This document shows positions 1 through 12,781 of a DNA stretch of 64,000 nt, piece by piece; the stretch's first letter is position 1; the number at the start of each line of letters is the position of its first letter. Origin of the DNA: Octopus sinensis (taxonomy: Eukaryota); assembly GCF_006345805.1 (NCBI RefSeq), contig NC_043004.1:45198001-45262000 (forward strand), given 5' to 3'. The notes below the pieces were generated by a model. That model saw nothing but the letters and a program-made list of their open reading frames with translations. It did not search any database and was not told the DNA's origin. The position numbers and the translations under genes are program-made.

Positions 1-3000
1 CACCGCCATTTGGTGTTGCTACTTGGTTTCACTTCATGGAGGCTTTCTAGCAACTGCTATTTGGTGCATGAGAGAGTTCGATGCAGCTGCCCTCATCTGC
101 CCCTCCTGCCGTGAAGTTGGTTCATCTGGGACACCTGACAGGAAGAGATCCAGCTTCATTTTAAAGACATCTGTATCCACCCCATGCAGGTCTCTCAGGT
201 TCTTCGGGAGGATATTGAAGAGCTGTGGGCCTCGGAAGCCCAGGCTATCACAGTATCTTGTCCTACATCTTGATGGCAGGTTTGGAGTCCTAGGCACCAC
301 GCAGTGGCACCCAGCTCTGGCATTTGCGTAACTCTCGATGCCAAAGTTCAGGACACTTCCCTCCAGGATCTTCCAGATGTATATTATGGCATATCGTTCC
401 CGCCTACGCTCCAGGGAATATAATTTTAATCTCTTGAGTCTTTCCCAGTAGCTTACATTCTGCATAGAGGCTATCTTCTTTGTGTAGCTTCGTTGGATCG
501 CCTCAAGTTCTGTGATCAACTTGACACTGGATGGTGACCATAGCTGAGAGCAATAGTCAAAGTGGCTTAGGACAAGTGTCTTCCAGAGGACCATCATGGT
601 TTCTTGTTCTCTTGTTCTAAAGGTTCTAAGAATCCATCCAGCCAGCCGGCTACATTTCATTGTCAGTTTAGCAACATGTACATGAAAGGTCGCGTCATCA
701 CTCATGTGAATACCCAGGTCACGCACTGATTGTGCCTCTGGGATTGCAATCCCTCAGGGTCCAGTGTATTCATTGGGTATTGCATTCAGTTTTGCATGCT
801 GATAGTATAAAGCTTGAAACTTTCCAGCATTGAACTGCATGCTATTCGTTTCAGCCCACTTGTATATTTCGTCCAGCTCACATTGCAGGTGTTTAGTGTC
901 CTCAGGGTTCTGTATTGCCTGTGAAACTTTTGTATCATCTGCATAACTTGTGATCGTGGCTCTCTGCGTGGCTGAGGGCATGTCTGAGAGGGCCATTATG
1001 AACAGTAGTGGTCCAGAACAGTGCCCTGCGGAACACCGCTCACTATTTGTGTGTTAATGGAGGTGGCCCCATTGGCTACTACCACCTGACTTCTATCCTT
1101 CAGAAAGTCATGAAGCCATTCTCCCAGTTTTCCAACTATGTTGAGATCACGCAGTTTGTGACATATCATTCCATGATCGACTTTATCAAAGGCCTTTGCA
1201 AAGTCGAGATATATCACTTCCACATTTGAGTGGTTGAGCAGCCGTTTCAGCACCCAGTCATAGTGTTGTAGGAGCTGAGTTAAACAGCTTCTCTCTGGTC
1301 GGAAACCATGTTGGGTGTCGGGCAGCAAGTCATTCTCTTCAAGGAAGATGATCAGCTTCCTTCTGACTATTCGTTCCATGACCTTGCTGATGTGTGAGGT
1401 CAGAGAGATAGGTCTATAGTTCTTGGCTGCCGCTCTGCTACCTCCTTTATGAATGGGGCATATTTTACCTTCCTTCAGTTTTCCTGGAAGTTTGCCAGCT
1501 GCAAGGAAGCTCTGAAAGAGTAACTGCAGTGGTCTTGCTAGGACTCTCTTACATGCTTTTAGGAGGATTGCCGGGAATCCATCGGGGCCAGTAGCTGAGT
1601 CTGTTTTCATTTCATCTATAGCCTTGGTTACATCGTCTTCCTTTATATCGATGTAATCTATCGTCGCCGCCTCTGATTTTATATCTGCAGTGGTAAAAAA
1701 GTCAGTTGGATTGGTGATTTGGAGATGCCCAAGGGGTGGAGTGAAAACACTCTTGAATTGCTCATTCAGTATTTCACTTACCCTCATTGGTTTTCCTGTA
1801 AGTGTGCCATCCTTTTCGAGGAGTGGCCCTATTCTACAGTGCACTGTAGCTGTTTCTTTGGCATACCTGTAGAAAGCTCTGGGGTTAGATTTTATGTTTT
1901 CTATAGCCCAGGCTTCTTTGTCTGCTCTTTCTTTTTCATGGGAGAGTTGCAGACATTTTTCGATTTCCAACAGTTTTATTTTTAGGCGGGACTTTTCACT
2001 GCTTTCAATCTGTTTGTTTAGGCGATTTGAAAATTTTGTACGCCGTCTCATTAAAATTTCCCCTCTCTGGGGATTTTGTTCTTGTGTACAGTGGTCTTTC
2101 TCTCTGGGACACATTTGTAGCATATGGCTTGCATTACAGACATGAATTGTTGAAGTTTCACGTCGATGTCTGGCGAGGAGAGACATTTAGGCCAGTTTTG
2201 TTTGAGGATCTCTTTCTCATTTGTTTCCAGTTTGCCTTATGGTAGTTCAAGCTGGAAAGATTTTGAGGGTTTCTTGTAGGCTGCATGTCCGTGCTCTCTT
2301 TGGCCCGTACATGGTCAGCTCTATCATGTTGTGATCCGAGAGTAGTGTCGGTGTCACTTTCACATTATGGATGAGATCCATGTCATTTGTGAAGCAGAGA
2401 TCCAGTGTGTTACCTGCCCTGGTTGGTTGGAGTATTACCTGCTCCATGTACAGGGTGTTGATGAGGTTCAGGAGGGACCTCGCCTGTCCTCGTTCACATC
2501 TTGTCATTCCTGGGAGAGAAAGGCCCTCGGGCCATCTGACATTGGGCAGATTGAAGTCTCCCATAAGAAGCACACCTATGTGTTGTTCTAATGTGGTTAG
2601 AATTTCTTCTATTTTTATAAGGCAGTCTTCAAACTTGCCCACATGGCTTGGGGCATCTGGAGGGCGATATGTAGCACACATAACTACATCAAGTTGCCTA
2701 ATATGTACAATTAGTGTGTCACACACCGAGTTTGAGTATGACAAGAGGACCTGGGGTGTGAGGTCCTCACGGATGTACATAGCAACACCTCCATGACTCC
2801 TTTCTTTCCTGTCGCTCCGTCATAGTACAGCATACTGGGTATGTGTACTCCGCATCTGCTATGTCCGGTTTCAGGTGCGTTTCTGTAAGTGCTACGCATA
2901 AGGCTTGATTGCATGCAACAAAGTCTCTCAGGAACGGGATCTTTGTCCTGTTACTGAGTGTTTGCAGTCCTCTGATGTTCAGTAGGAGTATCGAGGTGAG

Positions 3001-3360
3001 GTGTACGTTGTTGCCGGCAGTGTCCATCCTGTGTCTGTTTGCTGTGGTGGTCTGGTATATAGTGGGTAGTCCACCTGCGGGCTTGGGTTTGATGAAGCCA
3101 GGTCAGCTGCTGTACAATCTTTTGTGCCATGCACAAAAAGATTGTTGCTCAGCAGCTGCTCTTTCGACAACATCATGTTGGCTGTTTGTGGCGCGCACAA
3201 CATCTGCGTACCTCCGCTTTGGGGCAGGTGGTGCGTGGTCCATCCCTTTTCTTTGTGTTGATGGTTTGTCCATCCGCCTCGTGTCTGTGGCAGGATCCCC
3301 GATGTGCAAAGCGGCAGCCTGCACCTCCTTTCCATGCCAGCAGGAACTCTCAGGTAGAAC
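1..3360 (-). mobile_element. CR1-clade LINE copy: ORF1 3' remnant + ORF2 + start of 3' UTR
   Basis: ORF2 as above. 3030-3360 is GC-richer coding-like sequence (ESSCWHGK..., [10 protein letters not shown]) ending at a TA array. The 3' UTR runs off the window start. Confidence 0.85.
34..3027 (-). pseudogene. CR1-clade LINE ORF2 (APE endonuclease + reverse transcriptase), near full length, broken by several frameshifts
   Basis: Consecutive minus-strand ORFs give APE motifs ([38 protein letters not shown]), RT motifs (GPDG, NYRPISLTS, QHGFR, YLDFAKAFDKV, GVPQG, YADDTKV) and a CR1-type C-terminus (YCSQLWSP, LYSLERRRERY). ATG at 3027, TGA at 36-34. Confidence 0.95.
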
Positions 3361-3380
3361 ATACACATATATATATATAC

Positions 3381-3411
<31 letters not shown>

Positions 3412-3515
3412 CAGATAATATATATATATATATATATACATATATATATACATATATACATAGATATATATATATATATATACATATATATATCTATATA
3501 CAGATATATATATAT

Positions 3516-3547
<32 letters not shown>

Positions 3548-3559
3548 CATAATACATAG

Positions 3560-3594
<35 letters not shown>

Positions 3595-3643
3595 CATATA
3601 TACATATACATATATATATATATATATACATAGATATATATAC

Positions 3644-3674
<31 letters not shown>

Positions 3675-3711
3675 CATAGATATATATACATATATATATA
3701 CATATATATAC

Positions 3712-3756
<45 letters not shown>

Positions 3757-3957
3757 TATATATATATCACATATATATACACATATATATACACATATAT
3801 ATATACACATTATATATACACATTATATATACACATATATATATACATATATATATATACATATACATATATATATATATGTATACATATATATATATAT
3901 ATATGTATACATATATAATATATATATATATGTATTATATATATATATATATATATA
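3361..3957. repeat. Degenerate (TA)n/(TACA)n microsatellite array
   Basis: Read directly. Confidence 0.95.
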
Positions 3958-4035
3958 TTTCTTTAGGCATTAGTATTTTGCCTTGTGACGTGAATTGCAT
4001 TTTCTAGATATAACCAGAAACTGACAGATATTTAA

Positions 4036-4246
4036 CCATTTAGCATTTAAACCAACCATATCCAGCCCAAATATTCTACCTGTTTTACATTCAAACCTGC
4101 CTGATGTGACCTCTCACATCTATCCTACTATGTCATTCTAAAAACAAGCACTCACATCTTGGAAATCTCAAAACTGTGATTTATTCAAAATAATGTGAGT
4201 AAACGAGCATCAATTACATTTTACTGAGTAATTTGAATGCTAAAGG
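4036..4246. mobile_element. Possible piggyBac-type MITE
   Basis: TTAA|CCATTTAGCATT at the left end and AATGCTAAAGG at the right end form an imperfect TIR. The right-hand TTAA is not preserved. Confidence 0.45.
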
Positions 4247-4403
4247 TAGTACGTAAGAAACTCAGGAGAGAGCTGAATTGCATACGTCTTGAGGGAAGAA
4301 TCCCTACTCATGCAGATATTTCAGCCCTTAACTTTTTACACTGTAAAGGTGCCAGACCACAATGAGTTCCTGACTCATAGATAACCCTCTGCTGTCACTT
4401 TCT

Positions 4404-4662
4404 CCGGAGGTGTGTGACTCAGTAGTTAGAGTGTTGGACTCATGACTGTAAGATTGTGGTTTCAATTCCTGGACCAGGTGACATGTTGCGTTCTTGAGCA
4501 AAACACTTTATTTCGTGTTGCTCCAATCCACTCAGCTGGCAAAAATGAGTATTCTGTGATGGACTGGCATCCCATCCAGGTGAGGAATATATACACCATG
4601 AGACTGGGAAACTGGCCCTTATGAGTTGACATAACTTGAGAAGGTAACTTAACCATTACTTT
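4404..4662 (+). mobile_element. tRNA-derived SINE (family C, central domain V/Meta-like)
   Basis: A-box-like TGACTCAGTAGTTAG, B-box-like GGTTTCAATTCC, TTCTTGAGCAAAACACTTT, CCACTCAGCTGG, GATGGACTGGCATCCC. Confidence 0.6.
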
Positions 4663-4682
4663 TTCAATTTCTCTGCTGCTAT

Positions 4683-5082
4683 ACTCTTTACTCTTTTACT
4701 TGTTTCAGTCATTTGACTGTGGCCATGCTGGAGCACCACCTTTAGTCGAGCAAATCGACCCTAGGACTTATTATTTGTAAGCCTAGTACTTATTCTATCG
4801 GTCTCTTTTGCCGAACCGCTAAGTTACGGGGACGTAAACACACTAGCATCGGTTGTCAAGCGATGTTGGGAGGACAAACACAGACACACAAACACATACA
4901 TATATATATATACATATATACGACGGGCTTCTTTCAGTTTCCATCTACCAAATCTACTCACAAGGCTTTGGTTGGCCCGAGGCTATAGTAGAAGACACTT
5001 GCCCAAGGTGCCACATAGTGGGACTGAACCCTGAGCCATGTGGTCGGTAAACAAGCTACTTACCACACAGCCACTCCTACGC
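4683..5082 (-). mobile_element. tRNA-derived SINE family A (CORE-like CCTTGGGCAAG box), full length
   Basis: Matches the other family A copies end to end: tRNA head, internal TA/TG microsatellite, CAGCATGGCCACAGTCAAATGACTGAAACAAGTAAAAGAG tail. Confidence 0.9.
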
Positions 5083-5745
5083 TATCTGCATTACAACTCT
5101 GCTGGATGTTCAAGAAGCCCCAAAGCCAAGGCATCTTTTTTGTCGTAATCAGGTAGCCAAGGTACTTTGTTTGTTGCTGTTTAGCCACCAGATCAGGCTC
5201 GTTGAACAATTCTATGAATAGTTTATTCCTTCAGGCAGTTCAATGTAGATGATATTTCAGTATTTGCTTGTCCTTGTCCCATTAAAGCTGGTAGAATATC
5301 ATGGATAAGACAGAGAAAGAATAAGACTTTGAAAGAGAAACGGATACAATTTTGCTACTGTTTCTAGCAACTTGAGGAGCTACATAACTCTTCAGCCCTC
5401 ACACTCCACCCATCACTGTTTCAATCTTTCCAAGAGATCATGACCTTGTTCAAAGAAATATAAGTATATTAATGATAAAGAGATGAAAATAAAAGTAAAA
5501 ATAAATGAAACTACCGCATTAGCAAATCAATGTACAGGTAAGCAAACGTGTGTGTGTGTGTGTAACACACATGAGTGCACACACACATACAAACATATAT
5601 CTTTAGAGTGAGCAGATATATGTAGTTTATTGGTATATTATTGATGGGAACATGTACAGATGAGAGAAAGATTGAGTGCATATGTAACATGAGCATGTGT
5701 TTTGTATGTATATATATATGTGTGTGTGCGTCCGTGTGCACACAT

Positions 5746-6033
5746 GTATATATATATATATATATATAGTATGCATGTATGTATAGATAGATAGATAGGA
5801 AGACATATATATATGTGTATATATATATATATAATATATATATATATATGTATATATATGTGTATGTATATATATGTTTATGTATATATATGTGTATGTA
5901 TATATATGTATACATATGTGTATGTGTATGTATATATATGTATACATATGTGTATGTGTATATATATATATGTATATATATTATATATATATATATGTAT
6001 GTATGTGTATGTATATATATATGTATGTATGTG

Positions 6034-6073
<40 letters not shown>

Positions 6074-6125
6074 TATACCTATATATATACCTTCCTATCT
6101 ACACACACAGACACATACATATAAC
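5746..6125. repeat. Degenerate (TA)n/(TATG)n array
   Basis: Read directly. Confidence 0.9.
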
Positions 6126-7274
6126 CACACATATGCATATATCATCATTTAATGTCTGCTTTCCATGTTGGACAGGAGCTGGCTGGGCAGAAGGCTGCAC
6201 TGAGCTTCAGTGTCTGTTTTGATGTTTTTTACAGCTGGATGCCCTTCTTAACACCAACCACCCTATAGTGCGTGTGTCTGTGTGTGTCTATGTCTGTGTG
6301 AATATATATTGTGTATGTGTGTCCTTACACATATATGCATATGTCATATTTGAAAACATCATTTTTTTTTGCAGGCACTCGTGTTTATGCACAAATTACT
6401 TGGATCTCGTTAATCTGTATTTAGCCAAGTGTTTTTAAGAAGTTCCCTTTAACATCATCACAGTTTGAGTTCAATTACAGTGGGTGGCATCTTTATCAAG
6501 TTCATTTTGTCATGTCCCGGAGTGAATCAAATCCTCTTGAGTAAAACTGGGTTGATGTAAACTGTATGGGAGCCACTGGATGGATTGTCACTATACAAAG
6601 AGCCAGATTTGTCCTACTGCATCACACTGGTTCTTTCAATGGATTAAAATTAAGGGGTGAGTGTCTGTGGTGTACTCAGCTGTGTACAAGCCGATTCAGT
6701 GAATAGGTGGGTTGGTTGATTCAACAACTGGAATTTGTTGAATTCAGTATGTTTATATTGTGTGTATATAATACATCATAGACACTTTAACCTGCATATA
6801 TATATCATTTCTGTTTCCTTTCTCTTCCTTTTTGTAGTACCATTCCTTTGTCTTAAACCTAATGTAACACAATCCTTCCCAGTCCGCCTCCTATTCACCT
6901 CACCTGCAGAAAAATGTTTTTCTGTTTTTACTTTTTTTCTTTCTTTCCTATCAACAGTTATTTGTTTATATTTTCAAATGTTTATCATTTCTGTTATGGA
7001 AAGATAATAGTTGCATAAATTGTAGCTATGCTTCCTTCCCTATCTGGACTTGGGCATATAACAACTTGACAGCATGAACTGAGGATCTTTAGCAAGACAC
7101 CCACTTTATGTTTGAATGTACCTGATATGACCCACACTGCAAAATGGATGTAACACATGTTGGACAGTAGCAGGATGGGTTGAAACGATGATCATTGTAC
7201 GAAATAAAGATTAATACCAAATCCATCTTCCAGTTACTTAATTATCATTATATATATATATATATATATATATA

Positions 7275-7425
7275 CCGGAGTAAACACATAAATGTGAAAC
7301 AAGGTGGAAAAAAGAGTACTCAAATACCAGTGGTAGAGTGATATGCTTTATTTAAAGCAGCAGAAAATTCAACAAAACTTGTTACTCTGAGTTTCACGTT
7401 CCCGTTCGTCAGACAGTTTTTGCTA

Positions 7426-7430
<5 letters not shown>
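7275..7430 (-). mobile_element. Penelope-like (pLTR) fragment inside a (TA)n array
   Basis: About 155 bp unique segment between two TA runs. It contains a hammerhead motif, and a related decayed copy lies at 10631-10835. Confidence 0.65.
7374..7420 (-). ncRNA. Minimal type I hammerhead ribozyme
   Basis: Minus strand reads AAAACUGU-CUGACGA-ACG GGAA CGU-GAAA-CUCAGA-GUA-ACAAGUUUU. All core nucleotides and stems I, II and III are present, with a GUA cleavage triplet at 7385-7383. Confidence 0.85.
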
Positions 7431-7466
<36 letters not shown>

Positions 7467-7880
7467 AAGGCGGTGCTCCATGGCTGTAGTCTACTGACTG
7501 AAACTAGTAAAAGGTACACACATGCATATACTGTATACATATATATAAGGAGTTTTCGTCAACTGACTTAAAGTCATAAGTATGTACTATGAGTACTCAG
7601 TTTGGTTTACCACTAAATCAACAAGAACTGATAGTGTGGTATTCAGACTACCTATCAGAGGCAGCTAGAAGTGTTATTTCCTTGAGCAGGTAGATATAGA
7701 CTGAAGTAAATAGAAAACCAAAACGTTTGGCATCATTTGAGAAAGACATTTAATTTAGATAGAGAATGCAAGCATACAAACTCTATATGCTTATATTCTC
7801 TATCTAAATTAAATGTCCTTTTCAAGTGATGCCAAATATTTTGCTTTTCCATTTACTTTAATCTATCTATCGATATATAT

Positions 7881-8163
7881 ATATATATATATTTATATAT
7901 ATTGGTAAAAACAGTAAGATAACAAAAGAAAGAAAGAGACCTCAATATTATGTAAATAGAGGAAATTTATCTGTGAAATAATATGTGACAATTATTCAAC
8001 AGCCAATATAAAACTCTGAGTTTCGGATGACGAGGTGGAAATCCACAACACCATCTCTTCGGTTATCTGACCAGATAACCGAAAAGATGATGTGGATTTC
8101 CACCTCGTCATCCGAAACTCAGAGTTTTATCTTGGCTGTTGAATAATTGTCACATATTATTTC
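7881..8163. mobile_element. Penelope-like fold-back element (palindrome 7975-8163) flanked by (TA)n
   Basis: Arms of about 95 bp meet at GGTTATCTG-AC-CAGATAACC. Each arm carries a variant hammerhead-like fold. Confidence 0.65.
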
Positions 8164-8165
8164 AG

Positions 8166-8223
<58 letters not shown>

Positions 8224-8615
8224 TATATATATATATATATTTGCACATGGAAATACTCAAGTTGGTGTCTAAGGTGCAGTAAACTCACTGGGAATGAGGG
8301 ATTCCTGGTCTTTGTCAAGGTATCCTCCTAGGAAAAGGCTAACTTGTATATAAAGCACTGTGCTCTACTGAGCTGGATATCTTATGCGTCTCTGGGCTTT
8401 GTGGTATTGGTAGGGAAAAGTTGTTGTGGCGTTGTGCCAGCTCCACTCCATTTAAGTTTTTGCATAGGCATTGCTGAGAGATCGTCATGCTCATCTAACG
8501 AGTAGACAACCATTTTGTGTGTGTGTGTGTGTGTGTGTGGTGTGTTTACATATGTAACATGGTATAATTATAAACAGGGCAAATATTAGCCATTTCTCCA
8601 AAGACTGAAAAAAAT

Positions 8616-8771
8616 GGAGTTGCTGTGTGGTAAGTAGCTTGTTTAGCAACCACATGGTTCCGGGTTCAGTCCCACTGTGTGGCTCCTTGGGCAAGTGTCT
8701 TCTACTATAGCCTCGGGCTGACCAAAGCCTTGTGAGTGGGTTTGGTAGAGGGAAACTGAAAAAAGCCCGTC

Positions 8772-8811
<40 letters not shown>

Positions 8812-9020
8812 GCGGGTGTGTGTCTGTGTTTGTCCCCCTAGTATTGCTTGACAACCGATGCTGGTGTGTTTATGTCCCCGTCACTTAGCGGTTCAGCAAA
8901 AGAGACCGGTAGAATAAGTACTGGGCTTACAAAAGAATAAGTCCCTGGGTCGAGTTGCTCGATTAAAAGGCGGTGCTCCAGCATGGCTGCAGTCAAATGA
9001 CTGAAACAAGGAAAAAAGAA
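8616..9020 (+). mobile_element. SINE family A
   Basis: Homologous to the 40993-41400 copy. Confidence 0.9.
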
Positions 9021-10560
9021 AAGAGAGAAATCATAATCGATATTTGAACCTTATTGGGTTTTCATCAGAAGTGTCTACATCATTCTAACAGTCTCCAAAG
9101 AAACAAGCAGCCAAACTGTTTATATACTCAACAACTGTAGCAGTTACTCTGTGAAGTCCCTAATTTGCATACTGAAAGTGTTTAACACTATAAATACCAG
9201 CGGTCCACACAGTATTAAGACATGATATAGTAAATATGTAACATATGGTATAATTATAAACGGGGCAAATTTTAGCCATTTCTTCGCACACTGCAAAATT
9301 ATGAACAACTTTAATTGATTTTCGAACCTTATTCGAGGTGTCCACATATACACTCACTTATATATTTGTGCATAAGTGTACACATATGCACATACATATG
9401 CATATATGTGTGTATATATATGTGTGTGTGTGTGTGTATGTATATATGATATACTTAAGTATATTTGTGTCTTTATATAGAGAAACACGTGTGATTATAC
9501 ATATTTGTGTACATGTATGTATACACACAGATTTACACAAGTACATATTTATACATTTAGCATACACAGATAAAAGTGTGAATTGCCAAATGTTGGTGCA
9601 CACTTCATAATTTGAAATGCCACTCTGTGCATCAGTGAAACTGCATGTGTGCTGATATTAATGTTTCTAATTACACACTCATGTAGAAATGTACTTAAGC
9701 ACATGAATAATGTGGTTACACCATTCTGAACATGTGCTGGAGCAAATGCATATGGAAGCACATGCATGAAGCTGTGATCAAGTAATTTACATATTCTCAT
9801 GTACATGCACATAATATATTGTGCAAATGCTATTGCTGTGTGCACACACACACACACACACAAATCACACGTGTGAAAGATGCATTCTTTATATATAAGT
9901 GGCATGCATATATGTGCATACATATGCACATTTAAACATGAATAGAAACATTTATGCAAATATATACACATGCATGAAAGCGCTCATACAAAGATGCTTA
10001 CATATGCAAATGCACATCAAAACAGAGATATGTACATATGCGTCTTCATCAGTGAAGATCCAGAGTTACATATGAATCGTCTTTATATATGTGCATTGTT
10101 CATAAACGAATACATGAGTGTATGTGTGTTTATTACATATGTATATTTGTTGGCTCTTATGTACACACTTGATTGCTCTTTAGGTGTTAATTAGCATGTC
10201 AAATTGCTTAAGGTAGTATATTGCACTAACTCACTGTAGCAATTCATGCAAGTGCTGATATTAATGGTAACAGCTGTATGCACACCAGATCCACTCTTCT
10301 TCCTTCTGTTAATATCATTGTGACTGTTGCCACATTTAATACAGAAAATAAGTGCAGCATGAAAAAAAAAAGAAACAAACAAAAATGGCTTGCTTCAAAT
10401 CAGTTTTGTGAAATGACTTTCCATTCATACTTAAAAATAAATTTTCATGCATACTTTTTCTTAATCATATCTCTCATTGTAACCCCCCCTTGCACTTCAA
10501 TTCTTCAAGTATAATTCTTAATATTGCAAATCCTATTATCCGTGTGTATGTATATGTGTG

Positions 10561-10614
<54 letters not shown>

Positions 10615-10630
10615 CATATATATATATATA

Positions 10631-10835
10631 TCACAAAAAGATGCTACTCAAAGTTTCGTGTTCCCATTTGTCGGACAATCTAAACTGTCCAACAAACAGG
10701 AACAAGTAGCAGTTATTTGTGATATATTTTTGTGATGTTTTTGCAGTTTCAATATATATAAAGCATATTACTCTACCTCTGTTATTCGAGTACCATTTTT
10801 TCCCCACGTTATTTCACATTTATGTGCTTACTTTG
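10631..10835. mobile_element. Decayed copy of the 7275-7430 Penelope-like element, with fold-back 10631-10722
   Basis: Shares AAAGCATATTACTCTACC...TTTCACATTTATGTG with the reverse complement of 7275-7350. The left arm reads CCGACAA ATGGGAACAC GAAAC TTTGA GTA on the minus strand. Confidence 0.6.
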
Positions 10836-11410
10836 GTTTGTATGTATATATATATACACACACACATACATATATTTATGTAGTTGAAGATTCTCTTGGA
10901 GAACTTTTGAGGAGCTCTTAAATAAGTTATTGGCTTTTCTTTCAGGATATTTGGTGAAAACTAAATAAAGAAAAAATACCACTGCACTGAGATGATATCA
11001 CTCTAGGTTATAGTATGTGCCAGTGAGGGATCACTCACAGTGGAGGGAGGGTCTCAACCGAGTTTTCTTATTTAAACTGCAGCCCCCTTTACTACAATTA
11101 TCTAACATACTGCAACACCCCATTTCCATTTCACCCTTTCTTATCTTTACCAAATTCCATGACACCCTGTTCCTATCACAACTGTAAACAGAATCTCAAG
11201 TGTAAAGTTGAATAAGATTGTTGGCTTTATGCCAGCTAATATCTGATATTTATTATGACTAAATAAAGTTTGTTACATTTTGACATTTGAGTCATTGCAA
11301 ATTTAGAAAGGAATAAAGAAAAAAAGGAAAGCAGTACTAACTAATACTGTTGTTGGTAGACTTACCCATCATGCTTTTCCCTAACTTAGGTACCTCATGG
11401 TCATAGGGAT

Positions 11411-11444
<34 letters not shown>

Positions 11445-11721
11445 CACACACTCACACACACACACACCACACACACACACAAATCATTGTCCACTTTGAT
11501 GGATGCTGCTTTCTTGCCGTCATTTCATTTTCATATTTGTTAAAGATGAGAATCCGTGCTCACACACTAAGTAATTTGAAGAATGGTACAAAGCTATCAT
11601 TGCTCTCTGGATTTAGTCTACAAAAGGTGTAACAAGTCTGTCACTTGTGTGTGTGTGTATTTGTGTGAGGGTGTGAGTTTGTAGACACACCTTCACACAC
11701 AGGTATTTGTATGTATATGCA

Positions 11722-11972
11722 TACTCTTTTACTCTCTTTCTCTTTTTCACTCTTTTACTTGTTTCAGTCATTTGACTGCTGCCATGCTGGAGCACTGCCT
11801 TTAGTCGAGCAAATCAACCCCGGGACTTATTCTTTGTAAGCCCAGTACTTATTCTATCAGTCTCTTTTGCCGAACTGCTAAGTGACGGGGACGTAAACAC
11901 ACCAGCATCGGTTGTCAAGTAATGCTAGGGGGACAAACACAGACTCACAAACACACACACACACATACACAC

Positions 11973-12009
<37 letters not shown>

Positions 12010-12179
12010 TATATACGACAGGCTTCTTTCAGTTTCCGTCTACCAAATCCACTAACAAGGCATTGGTCGGCTCGGGGCTATAGCAGAAGACACTTGCGCC
12101 AAGATGCCACGCAGTGGGACTGAACCCGGAACCATGTGGTTGGTTAGCAAGCTACTTACCACACAGCCACTCCTGCGCC
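11722..12179 (-). mobile_element. SINE family A, full length
   Basis: End-to-end match to the family. Confidence 0.9.
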
Positions 12180-12499
12180 TGTATGTCTGTATGTTTCTGT
12201 ATACTTTTGTTTCTCTGAATATCAAAAGCTACAAGCTATGAAATCATAACACACAAACTTAAATTAATACAAATTAGTTAATAAAGACTAAACACATCTT
12301 TTATGGGGGTTCTAAATATCTTTTACACTTCCACTTGCAGGGCAAGTGACTGTATTTTCACAAAGTCACCATTCAGCCCTACATTTGTTCACATGCGTGT
12401 ATATCTGCATTCACTTATGTTTGTGGAAGCATATGTATTTGTGTGTATGTACATCACTCTTTCTCTCTCCCTTTCTTCTTCCCTGTCTCTCCCTCTCCT

Positions 12500-12730
12500 C
12501 TCACATATATATGTATGTGTATATATATATATACACGCACACATACACACGCATATACATATATATATGCATATATATATATTCATATATATACATATAT
12601 ACATACATACATATATATATATATATACATAAATACATATACACATATATATACATATACATATACATATATATATATACATATACATATGCATATACAT
12701 ATACATATATATACACACACAACACACACC

Positions 12731-12780
<50 letters not shown>
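12500..12780. repeat. (TA)n/(TACA)n array
   Basis: Read directly. Confidence 0.9.

Positions 12781-12781
<1 letters not shown>

Noticed and set aside
4404-4480. tRNA gene calls for SINE heads (also at 40993 and 59821)
   Set aside because: A and B boxes are present, but there is no complete cloverleaf and they continue into SINE bodies.
5355-5397. CTGAAGA...GAAAC on the minus strand
   Set aside because: No G-C closing pair for stem II, no usable stem III or stem I.
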